Assembly: GCA_951406725.2 (NCBI GenBank)
Contig: OX597818.1
Coordinates: forward strand, 100,626,001-100,690,000
Length of the DNA: 64,000 bases
Source of the DNA: Octopus vulgaris
Lineage: Eukaryota
Direction: 5' to 3'
How positions within the stretch are numbered: the first letter of the stretch is position 1; each line of letters begins with the position of its first letter. This document shows positions 42,548 through 54,975 of the stretch, one piece after another. The position numbers and the translations under genes are program-made. Under the pieces are notes generated by a model. It saw only the letters and a list, made by a program, of their open reading frames with translations, searched no databases and was not told where the DNA came from.

Positions 42548-43449
42548 GCATACACACGCACGGATCTAATGTCAATTTTATTTTTATTGTTTTGTTTTCG
42601 CATCTTTCTACACTGTCGTGCTATTTTATTGCCAATGTCAAAGATTTATAGTTGATGTAGTTATGCGCTGCTCAGCTCTGTTTCAACTTCCGCTTAAGCA
42701 TGCGAATGACGTATAATCAATCAAACGTCGTAAATAAACATATATTAACAAGAAATATCGAAAGAATTAGAAAAAAAATATATATCGGTTATTGTCAGAA
42801 AATATAATAGGTTTCACATGGAAAAGTGAAATAGTTACAACACTTTCGTAGCGCATCCATGACGATATCCATCGATATGCTTTGTTTTGTATGATTTGAT
42901 TTGTCTTTCTCTATTTCTACATTTCTCCTCCACCCATCCAACTATCCCTTTTTATATTTGTGTATGGCAAACATCTGACTCCTTAAAATACACCCACACA
43001 TACTCTTACGCCTGCTTCTAACGTTGTCGTCAGATACGAAATGCCTGTATGTTATATATGCAATAATGTTCGTATAGCTACATAAACATATGTTTATATG
43101 CATACGATAACAACTAGACCTGAAGTTTAACTATTAACGTTGTCGGTCTCAAGATCATATGGATGTGGTTTCGATTCTTGCAACCGAATTCCTTCTTGTC
43201 ATCCGGTCTGAAAAATGCAAAAAAAAAAAAATGAAATCTTTATACGGCATTATTTGCCTCCATGTATAATCCACGTATTCTACATGAATGATGTGAGTGT
43301 TACGTAGATGCTTTGTGAAAATATTGATTTGATTCGATACTTAAACAATACAGAGCATAATGTCTTCATAAATATGCGTATATCTAACTATATACGTATG
43401 TATGTATGTATCTATCTGTTTATCTATCCATTAATATATATTTTTAATT

Positions 43450-43782
43450 CTTTTACATGTTTCACTCATTTGACTGCGACCGTGTTGGAGCACCGCCATA
43501 AATCGTCCTCACGATTTATCCTTTGTTAGCTTAGTACCTAACTTATCGGTCTCTTTTGCCGAGTCGCTTTGTGACGTGTGCGTAAAATCACCAGCATCTG
43601 TTGTCAGGCGATGGTGAGGGGACAAACACAGAGAGGCAAGGAGACACAAACACATACACATACACATATATGATTGAACGTGGCTATAGTAGAATATACT
43701 TCCTCAAGGTGCCACGCAGTGAGACTGAATTCGGAAACATGTGGTTGGGAAGCAAGCTTCATACTACACAACCACTCCTGCA
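43450..43782 (-). mobile_element. SINE, major family (diverged)
   Basis: gactgcgaccgtgttggagcaccgcc ... caaggtgccacgcagtgagactgaa...acacaaccactcctgc. Confidence 0.8.
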
Positions 43783-43811
43783 CCGATACACACACACACG
43801 TGTGTGTGTAT

Positions 43812-43873
<62 letters not shown>

Positions 43874-43879
<6 letters not shown>

Positions 43880-44155
43880 GTTGCATACTGTTGACATAAC
43901 CTGACAGTCCCGTAAAGAGAATTACCCCACCGCTATTTAGCCCTAGGAAGCATCGAGGCTTCATGTCGGTTTTGAAACATTTTCTGTGTTCTTATATTTG
44001 CGAAGGAGAGGCAAGCACCACCACCAGCTAGGGCTAGTACCTAGAGAAATATGTCAAAGCCGTCAGGAGAAGTCGATGCTTCCTAGGGCTAAATAGCGGT
44101 GTGGTAATTCCATTTACGGGACTGCCACGTTATGTTGACAGTCTGGAACCACTCT
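43874..44155. repeat. Fold-back element, ~110-bp arms (MITE-like)
   Basis: cagtcccgtaaa..aattaccccaccgctatttagccctaggaagcatcga is mirrored by tcgatgcttcctagggctaaatagcggtgtggtaatt..tttacgggactg. Confidence 0.9.
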
Positions 44156-44220
44156 ATCGCTCCACCACCGCCCATGGCTCTCTTGAGAGATTTAGAAATT
44201 CAATATTTCTAAATAAATAA

Positions 44221-44308
<88 letters not shown>

Positions 44309-44317
44309 GTATGTATG

Positions 44318-44369
<52 letters not shown>

Positions 44370-44566
44370 ACCATTTCTTAAATGAGACAACAATGCAGAG
44401 TGGACTATAATAAATTCTGCAATTTAATTCTCCCTAGTCTGATATAATATTTCAGAATATATAAATTCCTTCTTCAGGCCTCACTAGGAATTGACCGAAT
44501 CACGTCTCCAATCGGATTTCCAACGGTTACTCTCCTACACACATAAATATATATATGTATATGTGC

Positions 44567-44609
<43 letters not shown>

Positions 44610-44665
44610 TATAATGATATATGTATATATTCATATATACACACATGCATGTGTATCTATATACT

Positions 44666-44726
<61 letters not shown>

Positions 44727-45739
44727 ATGTATGTGCGTATGTATGTAAGGAGAGGAAATTGAATTAACGAGCGTCTTTAAAGGAGTAACATGGACATATT
44801 TCTAAAATAGTGTTACTGCTTATAATGGGCTTCGCAATTGCAGATGTAAAAATACATCATTTGCACAAGAACCGCATCTGTGGAAAATCGGCATAATGTC
44901 TATCAGTACATTGGTGCAAAAGCAGAAAATAACTAAGCAGATTCCCCACTTTTTCATACTAATTAGGCCCCTAGCTGTTAGGTATAATGTCTTTTCGATA
45001 ATCTGGTCGATTATCGAGATCATTTTCCCGTACGGTGTCCCCAGAAATAATTGCAGCCGAGGTGTTCTATATGCTGGAACGCAAGACGTGTCTTATTAAC
45101 AAGCCCTACGATTTTATAAAACGTTACTATCGTAATATGAAAACCTCCCGAGAGAACCATTCAAATATAATGTAGTGCAAGATAACTCCAGGAATTACTA
45201 CCTTGTATTATCTAGTTAATACTAGTCATCGGATGTATAGAAAATACAACTGAAAATTATCCAGTAACATCTGAATAATGAGCACTCATCCGTGTCCGGT
45301 CAACGGATATATAAGTGCTACACCTGTGAATTATCCAATAGCACGCAAACATTAAATAATCGTCTTTATCCAACAGATGTCATCATGCACATATTATCAT
45401 CTGTTATACTGCATACCTATGTTGTTATGTTGGTGATTTAATTCTTGTCAATATTAAGTAATGTACAATATAAATAAAATTATTCTGACGGCACTCCAGC
45501 TTGACCACCACTGTTAAATGACTATACATGAGGTAAAAGACACGCACACACACAAACATATATAAATAAATAGATCTGTATATACGTATATATATATATA
45601 TATATATGTAAAAGTAAAAAAATATATACAAACTGGGACAAGAACGTGAAACACCTAGAAGACGACACAATAAACACAGGACGGGACATTCGAAGCCCTC
45701 AATCATCAGTCAAGGACCGGATCCACTTCGCAATTTCGG

Positions 45740-45783
<44 letters not shown>

Positions 45784-45823
45784 TATATATATATATATAT
45801 ATGCGTATAGCTATATACATATT

Positions 45824-45858
<35 letters not shown>

Positions 45859-46270
45859 ATATTTATATATGTGTGTGTGTGTGTCTGTGTGTATATGTAT
45901 ATGTATGTGTGTGCGTGCATGTGTCTGTACATATACATACATTCATACATATATATATATATGTGTGTGTATGTATATGTGTATGTGTACATGCGTGCGT
46001 GTGTGTGTTCGTATATACTTATTTATTTTAAATAAGTAGGAAGAATATATGGAAATGAATATATGTAGGTGTAATTCTTTGCACATTTGTTTTTAACTTG
46101 CGGCTATATTAATAAGTATACATGTGTGCGCATATATGTGCAATGAATGTGTTCACCCACGTGTGGTTTTACATGTAAATTTGCATATACATACAGTTCA
46201 AAAGATGTCTGCATGCATGTAGGCATTTAAAGTGTGCATCTTTATACATATCTGTATATGTAGCTTTCTC

Positions 46271-46334
<64 letters not shown>

Positions 46335-47026
46335 ATTTTTTATATATCTATCTATGTATCGGTGTATCTATCTATCTGTGTATTTATCTGTTATTCTCTC
46401 TCTCTCTCTCAATCTCTCTCTCTCTCTTTCTACTTTCATTTGAGGGCCAGAAAGTGATGTTAGGCTGTTAACAAACTAGAGACGTGATGTCTGCCCTGAT
46501 GATACGTACACTAGTGTTAGTGCATCTGTACTTTAATGGCATAGCCAAATCGTCTCTTACCAGATAATTAATATATGAAAGCATAGTTGGTGGTCAAATT
46601 GTGCTTACAAGGTATATGGCTAATGTCGAAATAAACTGAACATCTTGTCATTATTTTCCCTTTTGCTTCTTTTTCTTATTGTCCCTTTCTTAAATTATAT
46701 TTCTTATTACCAACCATTCTAGGTGATGCTGAATATGATATATCTAAGGCGAACAGCCAAACTTTCTCCATATTATATTACCTCCTGTACATCATTTCCT
46801 TTGGTCAATGGAGTACGCTATAATCGGTTTTCCAACGGATTTTCTTTCCTTTTTTTCCGGATGAGTCTCAGCAGTGGTCTCACGAAGCTCCTTCCAGAAT
46901 TCCTCATGAGAAGTGCGTGAGGTCGACCTTGTCTCAATCTCGTGTGTGTTGGGACATTTGTAGCGCTGATTCTAAGTTATGTACTATACGTGCAGCTTCC
47001 TTTTCCCCTATGTATACATACACACA

Positions 47027-47075
<49 letters not shown>

Positions 47076-47099
47076 AAATATATATATATATATGCATAT

Positions 47100-47345
47100 A
47101 TAATTTAAAGAAAAAAAACCTCTATTAAAAAATCTAATAAAGAAATATATTATTCACACCATACAGAAGACACATACTATAAAATATCCTTATTCTAAAA
47201 ATCAATAAACTACAATAAATAGTAAAATAGTATTTGTATTTTATTGATTTTAGAATGAGGTTCTTTTATAGCATAAGTTTTCTATATGGTGTGTATAACA
47301 TCTTTCTTTATTCAATTGTTTAATAGAGGTTTTTCCCTAAATTAT
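47100..47345. repeat. AT-rich fold-back, ~115-bp arms
   Basis: aaaacctctattaaa..attctaaaaatcaataaa is mirrored by tttattgattttagaatg..tttaatagaggtttt. Confidence 0.85.
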
Positions 47346-47451
47346 ATACATATATTATATAGTGTGAAATTAATTTAAAATTGTTGAATTGAATTTTTCC
47401 CAGTAAGTTTTAGAATTATATTCCCTATCACACACACACACATACACATAC

Positions 47452-47662
47452 TCTTTTACTCTTTTACTTGTTTCAGTCATTTGACTGCGGCCATGCTGGA
47501 GCACCGCCTTTAGTCGAGCAAATCGACCCCGGGACTTATTCTTTGTAAACCCGGTACTTATTATATCGGTCTCTTTTTGCCGAACCGCTAGGTGACGGGG
47601 ACGTAAACACACCAGCATTGGCTGTCAGGCAATGCTAGGGGGACAAACACAGACACACAAAT

Positions 47663-47711
<49 letters not shown>

Positions 47712-47876
47712 CACATATATACTACAGGCTTCTTTCAGTTTCCGTCTACCAAATCCACTCACAAGGCATTTGTCCGCCCGAGGCTATAGCAGAAGACATC
47801 TGCCCAAGTTGCCACGCAGTGGTAATGAACCCGGAACCATGTGGCTGGTTAGCAATCTACTTACCACACAGCCACT

Positions 47877-47880
<4 letters not shown>
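47452..47880 (-). mobile_element. Complete tRNA-derived SINE, major family (best-preserved copy)
   Basis: Head ggagtggctgtgtggtaagt...ggttccgggttca, internal (TG)n, tail ggcggtgctccagcatggccgcagtcaaatgactgaaacaagtaaaagag. Confidence 0.92.
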
Positions 47881-47937
<57 letters not shown>

Positions 47938-48144
47938 TGAAATGGATAAATGAATTATCTTGTTACGGATTATTCAAATTATAACCGATACCTGGGTAGC
48001 AAAAATCACAACAGAAAAATCACGGTTGAGGTTACGACTATGGGGTATCGCAACCGTGCCTTAGTGCGGATAATTGAAGTTTTATATATTTAGTGAGGGA
48101 AGAAATGGAGCTGAACGAAGATTTAACAAAATTCCTTTTTATTA

Positions 48145-48228
48145 TTTTCTACACATGCTTTAAAGGCTGCAAATTCCCTAATTCGGATTGAATAAGGAGA
48201 CCATTTTGCAGCTTTCTCTTCAGGAAAA
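48145..48228 (-). ncRNA. Degenerate type I hammerhead-like motif
   Basis: uuuuc-CUGAAGA-gaaaGCUGCAAA...UUUGCAGCcuuu-aaagc-augu-GUA-gaaaa; the GAAAC box is decayed. Confidence 0.4.
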
Positions 48229-48282
48229 TCCAGGAACTTAAATCTCCAAACAAATGCGCAGCAAGCTTTTCGAACAAACGCT

Positions 48283-48327
<45 letters not shown>

Positions 48328-48716
48328 GATTATCTATCTATATATATAAAGAGAGAGTGAGAAATAGATAGATAGGCATCGTTATATATATATATATATA
48401 TATAATGTGTGTGTCAAATAACCACATTCCCTATGTATTAGTTGTTCACTTCAGATTTATTTTATTATTAATCTCATTCTTTGTTCTTTTTTCTCGACTC
48501 AATACTCCTCGCGCAACGGTGTAATATCTTGAGCGAATCTCCATCCCACGTGTCTCCTGTTTTGTTTAGTCTATTCTGTCTTCGTATACTTGTTTTTATT
48601 TGGCAAAAGAAAAGAAGGGTGGAAACAATGTAAACGACCATATCCAATAACCATAACACTATATGTTTGAACACACGATTTCACATCAGGAATCTTGCAA
48701 AAGAAATACATAGACG

Positions 48717-48803
<87 letters not shown>

Positions 48804-48814
48804 TTTATAGAAGG

Positions 48815-48865
48815 AGCTTCTACAGGACTAGAACTGTTCCATTCAGATGAAATCTTCAGGAAGCT
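48815..48865 (-). ncRNA. Type I hammerhead-like motif
   Basis: AGCUUC-CUGAAGA-uUUC(aucu)GAAu-GGA-ACAG(uucuaguc)CUGU-A-GAAGCU: 6-bp stem I, 4-bp stem III, GUA site; one core change (GAA to GGA). Confidence 0.65.
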
Positions 48866-49348
48866 GGCTGTCAAAATAAGTTCTGGTATTTATGCATTTA
48901 GGCAGATTTAATGGAGTGGTGGTGGCAGGGGGGCGTTTTTTGTGTAGGTTGGTATTCAGGAGATAAACAGGGCACAAGCTATTGTTCTTAGGGGAGTGGT
49001 CAAAAGGCCAAAGTGTTTTTTGAAATGAGAAGAATCAGTGAGAAAATAAATAAATGAATAAATAGAATAAATGAATAGAAACCCCGAGAATAGTATTTCA
49101 ACAGATATATGGGATGGGATTTTAGGTAAATTAGAAGACAATTGGTGGTCAAGAAGTGGTAGGCAGTTTGTTATTGTTAGGTGGAGGGAATAAATAGATA
49201 AATATACAAGAAAAAACATAAAAAAATATAATAAAATATAAAATAAATATTCATACAAACACACATACATACACATGCGAATATACATATGCATACATAC
49301 ATACGCACATATACATACATACACATACATACATATATATATATACAT

Positions 49349-49397
<49 letters not shown>

Positions 49398-49517
49398 CAT
49401 ACATATACATACATACACTTACATACACACACATACGCACATACATATATATATATATATTTCTGCTATGTATTGAGTGCCTTATTTACTGTGGTTTACC
49501 CGACTCAACCCGGGACC

Positions 49518-49559
<42 letters not shown>

Positions 49560-49843
49560 GCAGGAGCCACTCCTACTATAAATTTCTCCTATGACATTAA
49601 GCTATACTAAGCCCGACCACAAACATGCACACATACACCTACTATCATAACACACACACACAGACCTGCGCGAGCGCACATATCTACACATACACACACA
49701 TACCTCTTTCTCTTGCACTCTCCTGTCTTTGAAAGAACTTTTTCTTCACGCATTCCCCTCCGGTCATTAAATATGTGACCGCGTGTGTATCGTTGGCGAT
49801 TTTTCCCTCAGTCTTCCCTTCCTTGGATCTTTCCTTTTTCTAT

Positions 49844-49878
49844 GTTTCTGACGAAGAGCTCTGCTCGAAACATTAAAT
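49844..49878 (+). ncRNA. Minimal hammerhead-like motif
   Basis: guuu-CUGACGA-a-GAGC(ucu)GCUC-GAAA-caUU-aaau; a decayed relative lies at ~15291-15322. Confidence 0.55.
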
Positions 49879-49942
49879 CCTCCTTCTTTCTTTCCTTCCC
49901 GAGCGTCCAATAACATTACACTTGTTCCACAAGTACACACAC

Positions 49943-49977
<35 letters not shown>

Positions 49978-50516
49978 CATATATGTAGTGGCTGTGCGAT
50001 AAGTAGCTTTCTTAAGAACGACATGGTTTCAGCTTCAGTCCCACTGCGTGGCACATTGGGCGGGTATCTTCTACTATAGCCTCGGGTCGACCAAAGCCTA
50101 TTCACTTGTAGATTATCGCCATATGAAATCAATGACATTCTAGTCCGTGCTTTACGTAGAAAGCCGTATCATGATAAACAATAATGTATAGGCAAAGGTA
50201 GACTTCGTTTATGAGAAACCGTATCATGAGAAAACTGAAACCTGTAATTTATTAGTAATATACATATGTCTACTTTTATACTGTATCGTGGCACCGATAC
50301 AAGGGACTTTGGATGTGTATGGATATTTTGGAAAAGAAAGAGACAATAGCTTTTTTTCCATATTTTACTAGAATATTTTACCAGAATTTAAAAAATGATA
50401 CAAAATAAGTAAAATTACTACCTGCAGTCAGAGCAAGTTGATGCACATATTTTATCCCACCCTCTCTGAAATATAAATATAAATATAAATATAAATATAT
50501 ATAATATATATATATA

Positions 50517-53500
50517 TTTTCTATTTTCAGCTCAGAGCTGCGGCCATGCTGATGCACCGCCGTTTTGTGCTACACTGTTATTACGACGAAACTTGTCTAA
50601 TATGTGGCACTTAGTGAAGAATGGGGTTTGATATAGCTACTCTCATTTGCACCTCTTGCCGTGAGGTAGGTTCATCTGGGACTCTTGACAGGAAGATGTC
50701 CAGCTTTGATTTAAAAACCGCTACATCTACTTTGTGCAAGTTCCTCAGACTCTTTGGGACAATATTAAAAAGATATGGGCCCTTGAAACCCAGGCTGTTG
50801 CAGAAGCTGGTCCTGAAGCGTGATGGCATTGCTGGGATCTTTGGCACTATGCAGTGTCGTCCCGTTCTAGCATTGGTGTAGCTTACAATGCCAAAATTTG
50901 GCACAATTCCTTCCAGGATCTTCCAGACATATATTACTGCATACCTCTCCCGTCTTCTCTCCAGGGAGTATAGTCTTAACTGTTTCAAACTTTCCCAGTA
51001 GCTGAGCTGTTGCAAAGAGATGATCTTCTTTGTGAATCTTCTCTGGGTTGCTTCAAGATACGCTGTTAAATTTACACTGGATGGTGACCATAGCTGTGAG
51101 CAGTAATCCAGGCGACTGAGGACGAATGTCCGCCAGAGGACCATCATGGTTTCCTTATCTCTGGTTCTGAATGTTCTTAGGATCCACCCAGCCAGTCATC
51201 TGCACTTTGTCGCCATCCTGGTAATGTGCACTTGGAAAGAGGTATCATCACACATGTCGATATCCAGGTCCCTCACAGACTTAGGCTCTGGGATTGAAAT
51301 TCCGTGTGGACCGGTGTATCCTGTAAGTTTAATATTCAGTTTTGGATGCTGGTAGCGTAGGGCCTGGAATTTTTCAGCATTAAACTGCATATTATTATCC
51401 TCAGCCCATCTGTAGATTGAGTCCAACTCCTGCTGCAGGTGTGCAACATCACTGGGGTTCTGTATTTTCTGTGAGACTTTCGTATCGTCTGCATAGCTGG
51501 CCAGAGTGGCTATGCGGGCATTTGAAGGCATATCTGAGTCGGCCACTATAAAAAGCAGTGGTCCCAAGACAGTGCCCTGTGGAACACCGCTCAATATTTG
51601 TGTGTTCATAGAGGTGGCTCCATTAACCACTACTGCCTGACTCCTATCTTTCAAGAAGTCATGCAACCACACTCCAAGTTTTCCAGATATGCCGAGATCA
51701 CGTAGTTTGTGGCATATCATACCATGATCCACCTTGTCCAAAGGTAGATTACGTCCACATTTGATTTGTTGAGTAACTGCCTCAACACCCAGTCGTAATG
51801 TTGCAAGAGCTGGGTCAGGCAGCTCCTACCTGGTCGAAAACCATGCTGGGTATCATTCAGCAAGTTATTTTCCTCAAGGAATGCGATTAGTTTCTTTTTG
51901 ACTATCCGTTCCATGACTTTGCTGATGTGTGAAGTCAGAGAGATAGGCCTATAGTTTTTGGCATCTGCTCTACTTCCCCCTTTATGTATTCGGCATATTA
52001 TTCCCTCCTTCAGCTTCTTGGCAGTTTGCCATTCGCAAGAAAGCTCTGGAAGAGAATCTTGAGGGGTTTTGCCAGGGCATGCTTACACGCTTTGAGGAGG
52101 ATGGCTGGGAAACCATCTGGACCAGCAGCTGAGTTTTTGTCCACTTCATCTATGGCTAGTAGGACATCTTTTTCGCTAATGTCAATACATTCTATTGTAA
52201 CCGCCTCGTTGGTTATAGGTGAGGCTGCAAAGAAGTCCACTGGTTCGTTCACTTGTCTGTGTTCCAATACACTTTTGAACTAGTCATTCAGCATCTCACT
52301 GATCATAGTTGGACTGTCTGTGAGGGAGCCATCCGTTTGGAGGAGGGGTCCTATCTTGTAGTGCACTGAGACTGTTTCTTTCGCGTAATGAAAGAAGGCC
52401 TTTGGGTTTGATTTAATGTTTATTATAACCCAGGCTTATTTGTCTGATTTCTCCTTCACGTAGGATTGTTGCAGCCTTTTTTTGATCTCTATTTGCTACT
52501 TTTTGGATGCTGGTTGAGACGATTTGCAACCTTCGTCCGTCGTCTCATGAGGATCTTCCAGTCTCTTGGAATTTTGCTCCTATTTGTTTTGGTCTTGTGC
52601 TCTGGGACATATTTCTGGCATAACGGCTTGCACAGAAGACATGAAACATTCTAGTTTCATGTCAATGTCTGGTGTGGAGAGACATTCCGGCCAGTCCTCT
52701 CTGAGGATCTCTTTTTGGATCGAATTCCAATCTGCTTTATGGAAGTTCAGATTGGAGAGATTTCGGGTGCTTCCTTTAGGCTGTATGTCTCTGGTTACTT
52801 TCGGCCCAAACATAGACAGCTCTATTATGTTGTGATCCGAAACTGATGTCGGTGTCACTTTCACATCATGAATGATGTCCATATTGTTCGTGAAGCAGAG
52901 ATCCAGAATGTTATTCGCCCGAGTTGGCTTGAGTACAACTTGCTCCATGAATAAAGTATTGGTGAGGTTGAGCAGGGACTCCACCTGTACTTGCTTGCAA
53001 TGATTCATTCCTGAGAGTATGTGACCTTCGGGCCATTTGACGTTGGGGAAGTTGAAATCACTCATAAGAAATATGGTCACATGGTGTTCCAGATTCATGA
53101 GGATTTCTTTAATTCTTGTGAGGCAATCTTCAAACTTGCCTATGTGATTTGGGGCATCCGGTGGGCAATATGCATTGCATATGACTATATTATGTTGTCT
53201 TATGTATACAATTAAGGTGTCACATACCGAATTTGATCCGAAGCAAGACCTGGCGTGTCAGCAAGACCTGGCGTGTGAGGTCATCTCGGATGTATACAGC
53301 AACTCCACCATGGCTCCTTTCTCCTCTGTCTGTTCGCAGTATGGCATAGTTTGATATGTGTACTTCTGCGTCCTCTATATCAGGGTTGAGGTGAGTTTCC
53401 ACAAGTGCTATGCATAGGGCTTCATTGCATGCAGTAAGATCTCTCAGGAAAGAAATTTGTTTCTATTTTGATGCAACAGGCTCCCTATATTTAGTAAAAG

Positions 53501-53960
53501 TATTGGGGTGACGGCAGTGGAGGCGTTAGGGGAGGCCATCCTGTGTTTGTTGACTGTGGTGGTCTTGCATAGCGGTGGGCAGGGTTCCTTCTCTGTGCTT
53601 GGTGTAGCCAGGTTAGCTGCCGGACAATTCTTTCCGCCATGCATAAAAAAGACTCTTGCTCAGCTGCTGCGTTGCGCAGAAAATCTGAGGAGCGCACTTC
53701 GTTTTTGAAAGTTTTCCTGGGAGACATTTCTTTTGTTCCCTAGGTAAAGTTTTTCTCTTTGAGTCCCGTGAAGTTCTGGCGGGGTGCCGGGTGGGCGAAC
53801 TGGCAGTTTTTGCCGTCCTCACCATGCCAACATTTGCCCCGCAGGTAGAACTTACAGGTTCTTCGGTGCCTTCCAGATTTCTTCTTTCCTAAAGTGTCCT
53901 GGGTGGCATTGGATCCTCCCTGGGGTTCTCTGCTGTTTGTGTGGTGGGTTGGAGTTTCAT
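50517..53960 (-). mobile_element. CR1-group (APE+RT) LINE, near full length, frameshifted
   Basis: APE motifs ETHL, GGVAVY, DFNFP, LDL and SDHN; RT motifs QHGFRPGRSC, SGVPQGTVLGPLLF and YADD; C-terminal LYSLERRR. Upstream CKFYLRGKCWHGEDGKNCQFAH (CCCH). Confidence 0.93.
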
Positions 53961-54009
53961 ACGTATATTTACATACGTATATGTATACGTATATACATAT
54001 GCAAATACA

Positions 54010-54240
54010 TGGGCAGGGGACGTCGCAAAACGTAAACAACAAAAATACGAAGTACGAGGACATAGAACAAGAAATCTTTTGCCAACAGCAAGAGAAACAA
54101 ATGGTAAACAAGAAAAAGAACACAAGGAACGAACTTTGTTGTTTGTCTTGTTTTCCATTTGTTTATTTCGTTGTTCGTCCATATTCCATGTACTCGTACT
54201 TCGTATTTCTCGTTGTTTACGTTATGTGAGGTCCTGCGCA
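54010..54240. repeat. Fold-back palindrome, ~110-bp arms
   Basis: acgtaaacaacaaaaatacgaagtacgag is mirrored by ctcgtacttcgtatttctcgttgtttacgt; the inner aaacaaatgg/ccatttgttt also pair. Confidence 0.85.
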
Positions 54241-54282
54241 TATATATATTTATGTAATTATGTACGTATATGTATGCATATA

Positions 54283-54358
<76 letters not shown>

Positions 54359-54397
54359 GACTGCATTTTATATATATATGTATGTATATATATTTAG

Positions 54398-54457
<60 letters not shown>

Positions 54458-54628
54458 CAGTCTTCATAGAAGCCTGAGGATATACAAATTACTGACTATA
54501 TTTTCAATGAAATAACTTTGCACTAGAAAATTTTGCGTGCAAAACCGTCAAAAACCAGCGGACACCAAACAACAATAATTGGTACATGAAAATGTGCTAA
54601 ACTATTTTCTTTTTTCTTCATCGGATTC

Positions 54629-54719
<91 letters not shown>

Positions 54720-54837
54720 CATCTATCAATCCATCTATTTATCTATCCATCTATATATCTATCTATCTAACCATCTATCTATCCATCTATCTATCTATCT
54801 ATCTATCCATCTATCTATCTATCTACCTATCTATCTA

Positions 54838-54907
<70 letters not shown>

Positions 54908-54975
54908 CATCTATCTATCCATCTATCTATCCATCTATTTATCTATCCATCTATCTATCCATCTATCTAACCATC
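54629..54975. repeat. (TATC)n/(TCCA)n microsatellite hosting the Tx1 insertions
   Basis: Direct reading; the array resumes at 57111-57119, 57608-57819 and 59681-59735. Confidence 0.98.

Noticed and set aside
45680-45715. CUGAUGA...GAA on the minus strand
   Set aside because: Stems I-III cannot be built convincingly.
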